This document shows positions 42,556-55,419 of a stretch of DNA of 64,000 bases, in pieces. Source of the stretch: Trichinella spiralis (lineage: Eukaryota); assembly GCF_000181795.1 (NCBI RefSeq), contig NW_003526940.1, positions 1,530,571-1,594,570 on the forward strand. The letters run 5' to 3'. How positions within the stretch are numbered: the first letter of the stretch is position 1; each line of letters begins with the position of its first letter. Position numbers and translations under genes: made by a program. The notes beneath the pieces were generated by a model that ran no database searches, was not told the origin of the DNA, and worked only from the letters and a program-made list of their open reading frames with translations.

Positions 42556-43586
42556 TCTTGTGACAAACTGTGGCGGCGGTATGCCCCTTGTGTATGAAAG
42601 CAGGGTATACAAATTAAAATATACCGGTAAACGGAGGAAATGTGGGGGGGGGTGTTCAAAAGTATGTGCTGACCATATTGAATGTGTTCCTTGCCATTAA
42701 CAATTTGTTTGAAGTGAATCGAAACCTATACTGGTATTTGCGACGGGTTTCAGCATTAGACTGCTGGCAGCCATGCGAACCTGGGGCATGGATGGTACTT
42801 TTAAGGTTGTACCACAATGGTATCAACAATGCCTTTGTGGCGGGTAAGCTGGTGCCAGCAGTCTACTGTTCATGTACGGGTAAAAATATTGGAACATACT
42901 GGTTTATTTTTCAAGCTTTATTGAACAAAGCGGCAGTTCTCAAAGTCAATCTTAATCCAGAAACAATAATTTGTGATTTTGAAATCGCTCGGTGATACCT
43001 CTTTATTCAATAAAATTTTGGAATAATAAATATTTTCATTATTAATATTACGTCACTACTAATAAAGTTACGTAATCCTGAATGGAATATTTGAACCAAT
43101 GAAATAAAAAAATATTACATCTAATCAGAAGTGAAAGATTTGAATCAACGAAAAAACCGAAAGAATAGAAAAGAAAAACCAATAAGACAACGACATGACG
43201 ATCCAATAAAATAGCGCGATCAACGGCAAATAAGAAAACGCGGTGAAAAGTGGGACCCCTTTGGGCCAAATTCATAAATTTATTGAACATTTTTTAAATT
43301 TAGCATTATTAATATAATAATTAATTTTGAAAGTATTTTAATTTTTACTCAAAGCAGAATTACCGATAAATCAGCATAAGAAGAGTTGTGCTACAGTAAT
43401 TTGTATTACTTTAACTTTATTTTCTTTAGATTATGGTGATTGATGAGCCATTTCTTTGTGATCACATTTGAACTTTGAAACGTTAGGTATGAATATTTAA
43501 AATTGTTTGTTATAACTGAAAATTATTACGTTTTATATAAAAAAGTAATGAAGTTTCGTTATTTCTAGAATTTCTTCGGCTGGAAA

Positions 43587-44417
43587 ATGACTCAAAATCG
43601 ACTGGATTTTGCGTTAGATTTGATGCGCCGTTTGCCGCCACAAAAATGCGAGGGCTTTCTTGGTTGTTTGATTGAGCTCGTTCCAGATATGTGCGGTGAA
43701 CTGTTGTCCAACGTTGATCAGCCGCTGAAGGTGGCTACAGATTCTACTTGCGGCAAGCAGTTTCTTCTCTCTGATTACAATCGTGATGGTGACTCATATC
43801 GTAGTCCGTGGTCGAATCAGTACTTTCCGGCTTTTGAAGATGGCAGTGTTCCAATAGATCGTTTGCGTAAAATTGAAATTGATGCGAATCATGCAATTGA
43901 ACAGTACAAAGACATGTATTTTGATAGCGGTGTTAGTTCAGTTTACGCATGGGACTTGGAGCACAGTTTTGCCTGTGCTATTTTGATTAAAAAAGACGGT
44001 GATGCAAAGAAAATGGCCAATGGTTCTTGGGATTCAATTCATATTATTGAAGTTCAAGAAAAGTCAAGTGGGCGATCTGCCCACTACAAGCTAACCTCGA
44101 CGATTATGTTGTGGCTTCTTACCGAATCATCAGGTAGGCCGAAAATAGATCTCAGTGGTTCTCTAACTCGTCAGTCGGAAAGTGATGCGCCATTAATTGA
44201 TTCGTATTCTCATGTAATAAATATGGGGAAAATGATTGAGGAAATGGAAAATAAAATGCGTGGCTCTTTGAACACTATTTATTTTGGCAAAACGTATGAT
44301 ATCATTAGCTGTTTGAGATCAATGGAAACGAAACAAGAACGCGACGAACAAGCTCAACTACAGCAAGAGCTTGCCCGCGCAATTCATTGCAGACAAGATT
44401 CATTTAAAAAGGAATAA
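43587..44417 (+). CDS. CAPZB: F-actin capping protein beta subunit (CapZ-beta), uninterrupted CDS
   Basis: LDFALDLMRRLPPQ, DQPLKVA, DYNRDGDSYRSPWSN, GVSSVY.WDL, GSWDSIHI, HYKLTSTIMLWL, LSGSLTRQ, IYFGKT. Confidence 0.97.
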   Translation: MTQNRLDFALDLMRRLPPQKCEGFLGCLIELVPDMCGELLSNVDQPLKVATDSTCGKQFLLSDYNRDGDSYRSPWSNQYFPAFEDGSVPIDRLRKIEIDANHAIEQYKDMYFDSGVSSVYAWDLEHSFACAILIKKDGDAKKMANGSWDSIHIIEVQEKSSGRSAHYKLTSTIMLWLLTESSGRPKIDLSGSLTRQSESDAPLIDSYSHVINMGKMIEEMENKMRGSLNTIYFGKTYDIISCLRSMETKQERDEQAQLQQELARAIHCRQDSFKKE

Positions 44418-46126
44418 TTTTAAATGCTGTTTTTTCACTGTTTTTCCTTTTTTACTTCTCTTTTCCTGTTCAACGTTATGCTTTTGTGAGTAATCTCTCT
44501 CTCGAAATTTATGCTTTTCATTCAATATTCAGTTGAATTTTTTATATTCTTGGAAACTGAAAAAAGCGAATATTGATTACTTGATTGCGAACAGAATTGG
44601 ACCACGTTAAGTGGTGTATTTAATGATTTTTTACAGTCTGCTTACAGTATAGTAAGTTTTTCAGTGGTATTTTCAGAGTATAGAAAGTATCAAGAGAATG
44701 ACATTTGTCATTTGTTGTGAAGTTTTTGAAATGGCTGGTAGATCAGATCAGATCCGAATTCTTTAACTATGAATTGCAATGAATAAAGTTTGCTAACTTT
44801 AAAATTGATTTTTTTTGAAAACATGTCAATTTTACTAAGGAATGGTTTTGGTAATTTAGTATGTATGAAACGTGTTAAATATTTTAAAAAAGAATGCTTA
44901 TTTATGCCAGTTGGTGTTTTTAATAATAGCTCGTGTGAGCATGCTGTTGTGAGTTATTTACATAAAACTGCTTTAAAAGGTGCGGTTTTAATGCATTTTT
45001 ACAGTTTATTAAACAGTTGTTCTAAGAAGCCCAATTTTGAATAATCATGGGCATAAATAAGCAAGCCTATGTGTAATTTTTTAAAATTTGTGCTTGTCTT
45101 TGTTATATATACATATTTTTTCAGGCTTAAAATAGAAGCAATGGTGAAATTGAAAAATGTTTCACTAAAATGGCCAAGCAGTGCTCCAATTCGCTCAAAA
45201 ATGCAATTATTTTATTTTGAGAAATGATAAAAAATTGTTTGCATAAAATTTTAACATATTTTTAAATAAAATTTTAATTATTAAGTTATACGATGATTGA
45301 AAATGCTTACATTCCAACAGCAAAAAATATAAATGTACTTAATTTAAATGATTTTGCCTGCTTTTCTTTTTTTTCAAATACCGTATGCTTAGCGTTGTTC
45401 ATCAACTCTGATACGTCGATTTTGACTTTTGAATAATTTCATGAAAGAAACCTTTAATTTTGAGTTGTTTTGGAATATTTTTGGTAAATATATAATTTGC
45501 CATATTGTGACTGCTTTAGGAAATGCTTTTTTGTTAAGTTCATTATTTTCTGAACGTGTTAAACTTGTCATTTAATGATGTCAATGCCATTTGCTTTTCA
45601 TTTTTGAATGCTTGTTTATGTAGACCGATTAAAACATTTTAATTATTATTTTATTTTGAAAAATGGTAACTCAAACTGCTTGTTTATAACTGGGTAGTGA
45701 ATTTTTAAGAATTTCAAAAGTATTAAATACTCGTTTTATGCATTTCCTTTTCATTTCCTTGTGTTATTTCCTGGTTCAAGTTGCGTATAATGAATTACTA
45801 AAAGTTGATCGCAGTTTAAGCATTTCGAACACCAAACACTAATTGAAGAAGTGAAAATTCAAGAAAGCAAGTGCAATTTTATTCAGTGATGAATTATTTT
45901 TATTCTGCATGTTTATAATTTTTTATTCCATTTTGAAACTGAAGCCTTTATAAACAAATCAAAAGAAAGCTTTAATTGTTAAAAAAGGGAAATTGTCTAA
46001 AAAATGTTATTAATTATATATTATTTTTTCTAACTTTTATTGACAGAAAAGCATGCAGTTTTATTTTTTTACCTCTAATGGCGAAAAATGTTTATTTAGG
46101 GCGTATTTTTCTTTCAAATTTGTGTA

Positions 46127-48067
46127 ATGTCCGGTAATGATTATGGAAAACGCTTTCTTCGACTTCACAACGCTGGGGTTTCTCGTCCAACCTCTACGAA
46201 AGTAAGTCTGTTGTTTATTGTAATTCAAAATTAAACAAGATGAAACTTAACGAATATATACGACTGAATATTTATATTAATGATATTGATAGTGCTGTTG
46301 AAATCTCGAACATATTAAATTAAGCAAGTTAAGGCCTTGGCTGAGAATTTTATTTTTTCAAAACTTTGTTTCAAACATCAGTTATTATACCATATATTTA
46401 TTTAAAGATGTATGTAAAATAGGAATTATTTTGTATTTTAATAATGAAATTTATTTTTTACAAATCATAAATCTGATATATTTTATTATTCGTGAAATTT
46501 GATGTACATTAATTTGTGAATCAGCATGTATTATACTCGTTTTAACCTTGACCCGTTTGGTGTATTTATAGGGGATGTTTATTGAAATGAATTCAATGAT
46601 TAATTGGTTGGTTTGGATTAATTCCTTTATCACGTATAATAATATTTGAAGATAAAATGAAAAAGCACTAGTGCATAAAATTTATTTCATTGTTTTTCTA
46701 CAATTTAGAGGTCGTTGTTCCGTGATTCGAAAACACCGCCAAACGAGGGTGACCGTTTCATACCACTTCACGAACCAAGTATCTGGCAGTCCGGAGTTCA
46801 CCACTGTAACTTGGGCAGGACTTGTCAGCAGGATCCGACCATTAGCGACTTGAACGAAGATGTGGATGTGTACAGGGCATTGGTCAGTAACGAACTGTTC
46901 GACACTGCCATTGACGATTTGCAAGATTTGTCGCCGAACACGAAGGTACGTCGTCTGTTCGAATATTCCAAACAGACGACCAGTCCGTCGAACATGAGGC
47001 GTGCTGCGGCGGAATCGACTTGTCCGTTGACAATATCCCCACTCAGTCCGCTGAGTCAGAGGCTGTTGGTCAGGCCTCGGCGTTCGGAGCGCAAGATTTA
47101 CAGGACGCCGTACAAGATATTGGACGCCCCGGAGTTGCAGGACGACTTCTACCTTAATTTGGTCGATTGGTCCAAGGAGAACGTGTTGGCCGTTGGTCTC
47201 GGCTCGAGCGTCTACTTGTGGTGCGCCAGAAATGGCCAAGTGACCAAACTGTGCGATATGGTGCCTCATACGGATATAGTAACCGCGGTCAGTTGGGCCG
47301 CGGACGGCCGGACGTTGGCCGTCGGTACGCAGCGCGGCTCGTGTCAGATTTGGGACGCCAACGCTCAGCTGGACCGGCAGAACTTCTTTGGTCACTTGTC
47401 CAGGATCGGCTGCTTGGCTTGGAACGGCGACACGGTCACGTCCGGCAGCCGGGACCGGCAGATTGTGGTACGCGACTTGAGGGCGTCGGGCGCGCACCAG
47501 GAGCGCCGGCTGCTCGGCCACAGGCAGGAGGTGTGCGGTTTGAAATGGTCGCCCGACTACGAGTACATGGCTTCGGGCGGGAACGACAATCAGCTGATGA
47601 TCTGGACACTGGCCAGCGACAAGCCAATCCAGGTGAATCGGCAACACTGCGCGGCGGTCAAAGCGATCGCCTGGTCGCCGCATCATCCCGGCCTGCTGGT
47701 GTCCGGTGGTGGCACGGCCGATCGGTGTTTGAAATTTTGGAACACACTGACTGGTCAGCCGGTGCGCAGCGTCGATACGGGATCCCAAGTTTGCAACGTG
47801 CTTTGGTCACGTCACTCGGACGAGTTGGTCAGCACGCACGGATATTCGCAAAATCAGATTCTCGTCTGGAAATATCCGACCCTGGACCGCCTGGTCAAGC
47901 TGGTTGGTCACTCGTCACGCGTGCTCTATCTGTCCATGTCACCAGACGGTGAGTCGATTGTTACCGGTGCCGGCGACGAGACGCTACGTTTTTGGAGGGT
48001 TTTTGAAAAAGACAGCCAAACTCGTGGTCACTTGTCGCCATTGGCTACACACTCTGCAATGAGATAG
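46127..48067 (+). CDS. FZR1: Fizzy-related/Cdh1 APC/C co-activator; exons 46127-46201 and 46709-48067
   Basis: Phase-0 splice; C-box GDRFIP; PYKILDAPELQDDFYLNLVDWS; WD40 repeats (GHRQEVCGLKWS, ASGGNDN, GGGTADR, STHGYSQNQI, GAGDETLRFW). Confidence 0.95.
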
Positions 48068-50598
48068 AATATTCACGCCTGAGTTGTGTGTTATTTTTTG
48101 AAAAAAAATAAAAGTATGTAATTAGTTTTTTTCCTTTCTTTTATAATTGCTACAAATTGCAATTTTGTTCATGTTATCATTTTTGTTTATTCCTAGTTAC
48201 TTACTGTTGATGTGACTATTATTGCTATCGGTGCTCTTGTTATTGTTGTTGTTGTTGATATTATTATTGTTATTATTATTATTGTTGTTGTTGTTTATTA
48301 TGTAGAAATTCGGATGCTTTTATTTGCTGATGTTCTTAAATCATTTCTTTTCTATATGTTCGATAATAATTATTGACAAGATCGATTTATTTTAAGGTAA
48401 GCTGAAGAAAATTTTTTTTTAATTTGACATCATATAATGCGATGCAGTTTATATTTAGAGCTGCTTTACAAATGTAGTCAGGTGCCGCTGTTAGTTGTTC
48501 ATTCTTAGCTGCTTGCCATGTTGAAGCCAAAACGGTGTATTATTAATTCGTTAAGCTTCAATTCATTCAACTCAGAATACTACAAAACAACACTTCCAAA
48601 CGAAAACAGCGTCTTTTGTTAAATGTATGAATTTTTTTGATGGTAAGAACTTTTTATTGTTTGTTAAACTAGGTAACTGTCTGTTTTATACAAATATTGT
48701 AATTTTTTCATTTCGATGCACTGAAAAAGGCGCGCATCACTATTCAAAGTGATTATGTAAACTTTGAATGAATGTTATAATAATTTCAAAATGTAAAATA
48801 TTTTAATTTAAGCTATGAGCGCGCCATTTATAAACTGGAAATTTTCTGTAGTTGTTGTAGACGCTTGATTGGGAAAAAAGTTTCGAAAATTTTTGTTGAA
48901 AAGCAACGAACGCAAACGCTCAATAGAGGAGCCATCAGCTGCGGTATATACATTATGCATATATGCATAAGATGAAATTAGCTGTGGACAAATTTTTCAA
49001 TCAGAATACTTTCAAACGACTGGTGAAAAACTTTGTAAATATTTCCTTCTCAGTTAATAATATTTAACCATTGCCCGGTTGCTTCAGCCCACTTATGGTA
49101 AACTTGTGTCATAATATTTCTTATAAGTCACTATTTTTTTTTACCAAAGTTGTTGTTCAATTGCTGATGAATAACGTTCACAAAAGATGCCGGTTTTAAT
49201 TTTGCCTACTAATTCGTTTTTACTAACTTCTCCTGGTTGTTACTTTCGATTCACTGTCGAATTTTTGCTTTAAAAATCATCTTATTTTGTTTTTGTTTGT
49301 TGGTAAAATTCCCTTTTCATTGATTAGCACCATCACTTTATGCTTTATTAATAGTAAATGTTTTGCTTACCATAAAAATCTTGAAGAAGTATTTCAGCAT
49401 TTCCTGCAATGAATCTTCAACATCTTGCAATAAACTATTTTTAACAGCAGGATGTTATTTTTTGAAAAAAATTATGCTATTTATTAATTTTGTTGGTTGA
49501 CTGAACACTTTGCTGACTGTACTGTACTGATTGATTGGAGTCAACAGATTGGTTAACTGCACATTGGTTCCATTTGAATTGTAAGTATAATTTCAGGTCT
49601 ATGTCATAAATTGTAAGCATATCAGGACGCGTTGTCGATACTTTTCACCAAGATGCCGCAGGAACCGTAAATCTACTGACTTATACTACTTATAAACTAT
49701 AAGTGTAACTTAAAGTTATAAAAGTGAAAAAAAAACAATAATTTATATCCATTTTTCTTGTACATAAGTGTAATAAATGCGTTTTTTAAAACAAAACAGT
49801 ATGACAGTCAGGTTTAGTATACTGTATTTAACGCGAGGTGGAAGCTAAGCTGCAATTAAGTTTCCCTAACATGCTGTTGCGTTAAATCTGTCAATCTGTG
49901 CATCTGCTATAATGCTCATAGCTGTGGCGACCTATTGCTGAGATAACTAATCTCGATCAGCAAAGCAACGGTACAAAATAGCCAAGTTCTTCTGCAAAAC
50001 AACAAAATGCTATACACACAGCATGCGGGGTAAGGAAAATAAGCGTGCACTCGCACACGAATTGAATACTACTAGTCAAATCCTGCCACCCTCTTGCATG
50101 CAAGCCCAATGGTAACAACAGTGAGACTTGATTTTCGAATGCTTGCGCTGAGTACGAGTTGATTCGACACTGACAAGATTTTCCTCAAAAACAACCAGCA
50201 AATGAATCACCAGAAGTGATATCACGGCAAACAACTGGCGACAAACGGAGATATTTGTCATTTCATTTTCTTTAAGCCATTGTTTTGACGATTGAAAAAA
50301 ATTAATGTCATCATCTTATTTGTCACAGCCCTCCAAAAAAAGAGTCATCATCAGGAAACACAAATCAGTAAGCAAGGAGAACTAGGTGGAGTGGAAATGT
50401 TAATTCAGAGCTTTCCTTTATACAATGAACATAACTGATTTATATTATAGAAATTATTTAAATACAAGTTAAGTATTGCTTCTATTAATCAGCAAAAAAC
50501 TGTTATGAAGATTTTATTTGAAAAATTAAAATTACAAAATTGGTTTCTTTATTTAAAGATGCGAAGTAATTGGTGTAATGTTATCTTTGCTTTGTGGT

Positions 50599-53500
50599 TT
50601 AACATTCAACAGTTGACTTGGTTGGATCGAAATATTTGTATTCAACGGAGCACACTTTCGAATCTCCAGAACCAGAACAGTTTTTATAAACATCCTCATA
50701 AGAATTGAATGCTTTCTAAAATAGCATCAGGCTGAATCTATTCATTCAATTTCACGTCAACATGCACTTACCTCTTTAATATCGCATTCTGTTTCTTTCA
50801 CTAAAACTTGAAAACGGGAAGAGATTCCCATATTAAAACCCTCTACAATTTTATCCAACAGAAGATATGTTCCGCTTGATTTCTTCTTATCTGATTCGAA
50901 TATAGCTTGCTTTACTTCTTCTTTTATATGAACATTTGAATCAGTGTATTTTGTTGTTCCACCCAACATTTGGCTACGTTGTGATACAACCTGAAAGTAA
51001 TATCAAACATCCATTAAAAAAATGTACAACTTTGAATAAAGTGAATGGATTTTTTTTAGAAATTGCCTTTGTTATTATTCAACTAATACCAGGAGAGAAA
51101 TTCAAAAAAAAGTATATTTAAAAAATCAGCGAAAATGCATATTTTATTAAATAACTTCACTGAAAATTTTCTGAAAGTTATTTTTTACCATAAAATATAA
51201 CGGTGACATATTTTTATAAAGTAGCAACTGACTTCAAAATTGTTCCTGTCAGATTCGAATATAGCCTGCTTTCTTACCTGTTCTTCTACATCATCACTTG
51301 AATCAAGATATATCGTTCTTCCATTCACCCTTTGGACACGTTGCGGTACAATCTGAAAGTAATGTCAAGCATCCATAAAAAATATGTACAGCTATGAATG
51401 AAGTAAAAAGGATGAATTTTTGGAAAATGCCTTTGTTATCTGTAAACTAATAAAAGGGGAGAAATTCCAAAAAAAATTACATTTGGAAAAATCTGTGAAA
51501 ATGCACATTTTTATTAAACAACTTCATTTATAATTTTCTGAAAGTTGTTTTTTATTTTTTAATATAACTGTGAAATCTCTTTTGTGAAACAGCAATTTAC
51601 TTTAAATTCCCAATTTCAAACCTAAGTTTTAACAGAGTGTTCCTTTTAAAACTTAAAATTACATTTCATGAACGAATTTTCAGAGAACATCTAAAAATCA
51701 TGCAAAACATGAAATAAAGAAAAGTATAATAAATCAGTTACTGAAAGTTACTAATGAAGGTTGCTTTTATAATTTGCATTAAAATTCTGGTTTATTTTGA
51801 TCCTTACTAATGGTTCTTCTACTTCTTCAAAACATTCGCTGACAGTTGCTGTTGAAGGAGTGCGATGTCTATATTCCAATGTACAGTGCTTCCGTGGGCC
51901 TTTACCGTGACAGTAATGTAGTACATCGTAATATGAAGAATACTAAAATTAAACAAGTCCATGAAAGCTAGTGAATCTTCATTTGGTAGAAGCGGCTTTA
52001 AAATTAAAAAAACATACTGCGGATGAAACTCGGCATTCAGTATCTTGTATAACGACTTTCATGGTAGTAAGGATTCCCATGGTTGAACTTTCTTCAAGTT
52101 CTACGAGCTTGTGCAATACACCTGATTGTTCTTTCGAGTCTGATGAGAATAATGCCTCCCGCGCTTTTGGCAACATGACAGGATCATTTCTACCATAGTG
52201 AGTTGTTTCACCAAGCATCTGCATCTTAAATTTTTCATAGCATATTTTATAAAATCGTATGCAAAGTTTTAATTGTTAATTCTCAAAGGAATTTCAAATT
52301 GATACATGTACGTACATTTTCATTTTAAAATATAATTGTGACATATTTTTGTAAACTAACAATTGACTTTAAATTTGTTCCTATAAAATTTGAATAGAGC
52401 TTGCTTTACCTGTTCTTCTACATCAGCATTTGAATCAATATATACTGCTCTTCCACCTATCATTTTGACACGTTGCGGTATAATCTGAAAGTAATGTCAA
52501 GCATCCATAAAAAATATGTACAGCTTTGAATGAAGTAAAGAGAATAAATTTTTGGAAATTGTCTTTGTTATTTGTAAACTAATAAAAGTGGCAAAATTCC
52601 AAAAAAATATATTTGGAAAAATCAGTAAAAATGCAGATTTTCATTAAACAACTTCATTTATAATTTTGTGAAAGTTATTTTTTATTTTTAAATATAACTG
52701 TGAAATCTCTTCTGTGAAACAGCAATTCACTTTAAATTCCAAATTTCAAACCTAAGTTTTAACAGAATGTTCCTTTTAAAATTGAAAATCACATTTGATG
52801 AACAAATTTTCAGGGAATATCTCAAAATCGTGCAAAACATGGAATAAAAAAATTATATTAAATCAGTTACTGAAAGTTACTAATGACTATTACTTTTATA
52901 ATTTGGATTAAAATTCTGGTTTATTTTGAATAAATGATATGAATCAAAATTCTTACTAATGGCTCTTCTACTTCTTCGAAACATTTGCTGACAGTTGCTT
53001 TTGAAGGATTGCGATGGGTATATTCCATTGTACAATGCTTTCGTCGGCCTTCTCCTTGACAATTAACTAGTACATCGTAATATGATAAAAGCTGAAATTA
53101 AAAAATTCCATGAAAGCTAGTGAATCCTTATTTGTTAGAAGCGGCTTTAAAATTAAAGAAACGCACTGCGAATGAAACTGGGCAATCAGTATCTTGCATA
53201 ACGACTTTCATGGTAGTAAGGATTCCCATGGTTGAACTTTCTTCAAGTTCTAAGAGTTTGTGAAATACACCTGATTCTTGTTTCAAGTCCGATGAAAATA
53301 ATGCCTCATGCGCATTTCGCAACATGACAGGATCATTTCTACCATAGTGAGTTGTTTCGCCAAGTATCTGAATTTTAAATTTTTAAAGCATATTTTATAA
53401 ACGCATAATGTAAGTAAAACTATGTATTGGCAGTACCAAAAATTGCATGTATTCAAAACAGATAAAATACATACTTCATAACAAAGCCAAACATAAACTG

Positions 53501-53811
53501 CTTAATAAAAATATAAAATTTATTGCAAAGTTTTAAATGTTAATTCTCAAAAGAATTATTACAAATTGATACATGTATTTGCTATTCAAGAAGTTAACTA
53601 TAGTAATTAAAATAATAATGGAATTTTTGCAATTTTTATAATCCTTAATGAATTAAATAAGTGACATCATTATCTTTACAAATATTAAACGGGAAAAGTT
53701 TGCACATGATTTCAATAATGCATATCTGAAGATTTCTTCCATAATTTAAATTACCTGAGCTTCACCAACGGCAAAGAAAAGCACCACGAAAATACAGTGC
53801 ATAAAACTCAT
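50599..53811 (-). CDS. mcd-1: Secreted multi-cystatin-like domain protein (three repeated domains)
   Basis: Signal-peptide exon MSFMHCIFVVLFFAVGEAQ (53811-53755). Three domains, each split into two exons (ILGETTHYGRNDPVML...QDTDC / ..YYDVL..C.G.G.RKHCT.EY), joined by short linker exons. All splices are phase 0; TAA at 50599-50601. Recognised as the Trichinella MCD-1-type protein from memory. Confidence 0.85.
51150..53400. repeat. Intragenic tandem duplication (~1.1-1.15 kb unit including introns) within the cystatin-like gene
   Basis: Near-identical intron and exon text recurs, e.g. 51340-52260 vs 52470-53400; a partial third copy lies at ~50940-51230. Confidence 0.9.
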
Positions 53812-55419
53812 TTTTTGAATGGAGATATTCCTATTTTGAAGTGATTTTATTTCCAAGTATCGCACAATTATATACTTGCATTTGTTTACAAAAGAAATGA
53901 CACGTTCATGCACATATATTTGAATGTTTTCTTAATCATGTTTATTATAAGTATTTTTCATGATATCACTTGTGATTTTTTCAATCATATGTGTTTTTCA
54001 CTCCTGTATAATTATTTATTTTCGTTTCGTGTTTATTTGGAATGTTTGCATTTATAGAGTTCACTTATGCTTAAATGCGCTTGTGTGCTTACGCGGAATG
54101 CCTTTAATTGTTTTCCTTTATAATATTCATCTCTTATCTATGACTTGTTATTGAAAAATTTTATAATGACACAAAAAATATTTTATCATGTTGCAATTTT
54201 CAGAGAAATATTTTATTATCTTTATAAATCTGGAAAGCGATCATTATTTAATTATTACATTTTTTGCATTTCTAGTGGTATTACACTAATAGTTAAACTT
54301 TTTTGTAACAAAAGTTTTATTTGAAGTTGTTTTTTAGGCCTGTTGTACAGTTTACTTGTAAAAAATTTAGTTATTTTTATTTTGTAAGTGTAATTTTCTT
54401 AAATCTGAATTATATTTTCTTCACACAACACGAAATGGCAGATTTTTTTCATAGGGATTGTATTACAGTTTTATGCTTCGTGCGTATTACAAGTTTCTCC
54501 TTCAAAAATTTTGTAGTGCAAAATTTGCATTTGCTGTACTTTGTAAATACTCCACTTTTTGATGCATTGAAGATATGTCAACTGTTCGTAAAGACAAATT
54601 TTTATCTATACGTTAATTTCATTTGTAAGATATTAAAAGCAATTCAGTGTGAAAAACATTCATATTTTTTTAATAAATATTACATAAATATAAATCAATA
54701 CCACATAAACGTAAACATTGCTACTAAGGATGATGCACATAGAAATAACGTATGCATAAGAGAAAAGCAGCATTCATTTTTGTATGTCTAACAATCTTCA
54801 TAAAAATGCAGTTGCCATTAAATTTAATCTAATGTGAAACGTCTGCTTGAAAAGTAGTAAAAACGTGCGGTTGGATTCATGCTATCATCAGAATATTACG
54901 CACTTACTGTTAAGAGCATGCAACGTTAGTCAAATCAATATGACCATAGTCATTCATATGTTTATATGGCCAAAATATAACCAAACCGGAAGCGCTCATA
55001 ATGCTATTGTATTTTAAGATTCACAATAGCCAAGTGCTTCCTGGAATCTAGAGATACCAGAATTAAAATGTTGCATGCTCGCGTGCAAGAAATAATTCTG
55101 TTGGATGCTTATAGTAAAACCCTCGAATAATATGGTCTAGACATGATCAACCAACCGTTGATAGCTTATTTTAAATTAAAACAACTAATTGAAAAGTAAG
55201 ACATTCGTTTATTAGTTTAATAACAGAAATAAGAATGCATCAACGAAAATATTTTCTGATGAGCATTTTAAAAATTGATATTTTACTGAGATATTTTATA
55301 ATTACATATTTCATTTCATCGTAAATAATAATTACTTATAAGCTGCAATTTGATGCTAGGTCACGCAAACAAAGTTCTAACACCAACATCCATAATTTTG
55401 TTCCATATTTTAACGTAAA

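Larger units (their letters stand above)
41779..42995 (+). pseudogene. Degraded Mutator-like (MULE) transposase, interrupted by a nested insertion
   Basis: Removing 41811-42564 restores MADISELHLVTNCGGGMPLVYESRVYKLKYTGKR (FLYWCH-like start). Later frameshifted segments TWGMDGTFKVVPQWYQQ and AFVAGKLVPAVYC...PETIICDFE are MULE DDE-domain motifs. Confidence 0.8.

Noticed and set aside
46682..47952. Long antisense (368 aa) and alternate-frame (261 aa) ORFs over fzr
   Set aside because: Expected shadow ORFs of a GC-rich coding exon; no recognisable domains.
50040..50076. Possible Helitron 3' end (GTGC..GCAC hairpin then CTAG|T)
   Set aside because: The stem is only ~4 bp and no matching 5' end or second copy was found.
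54321..54791. 156-aa ORF upstream of the cystatin-like gene
   Set aside because: Non-ATG start and AT-driven composition; no domain evidence.
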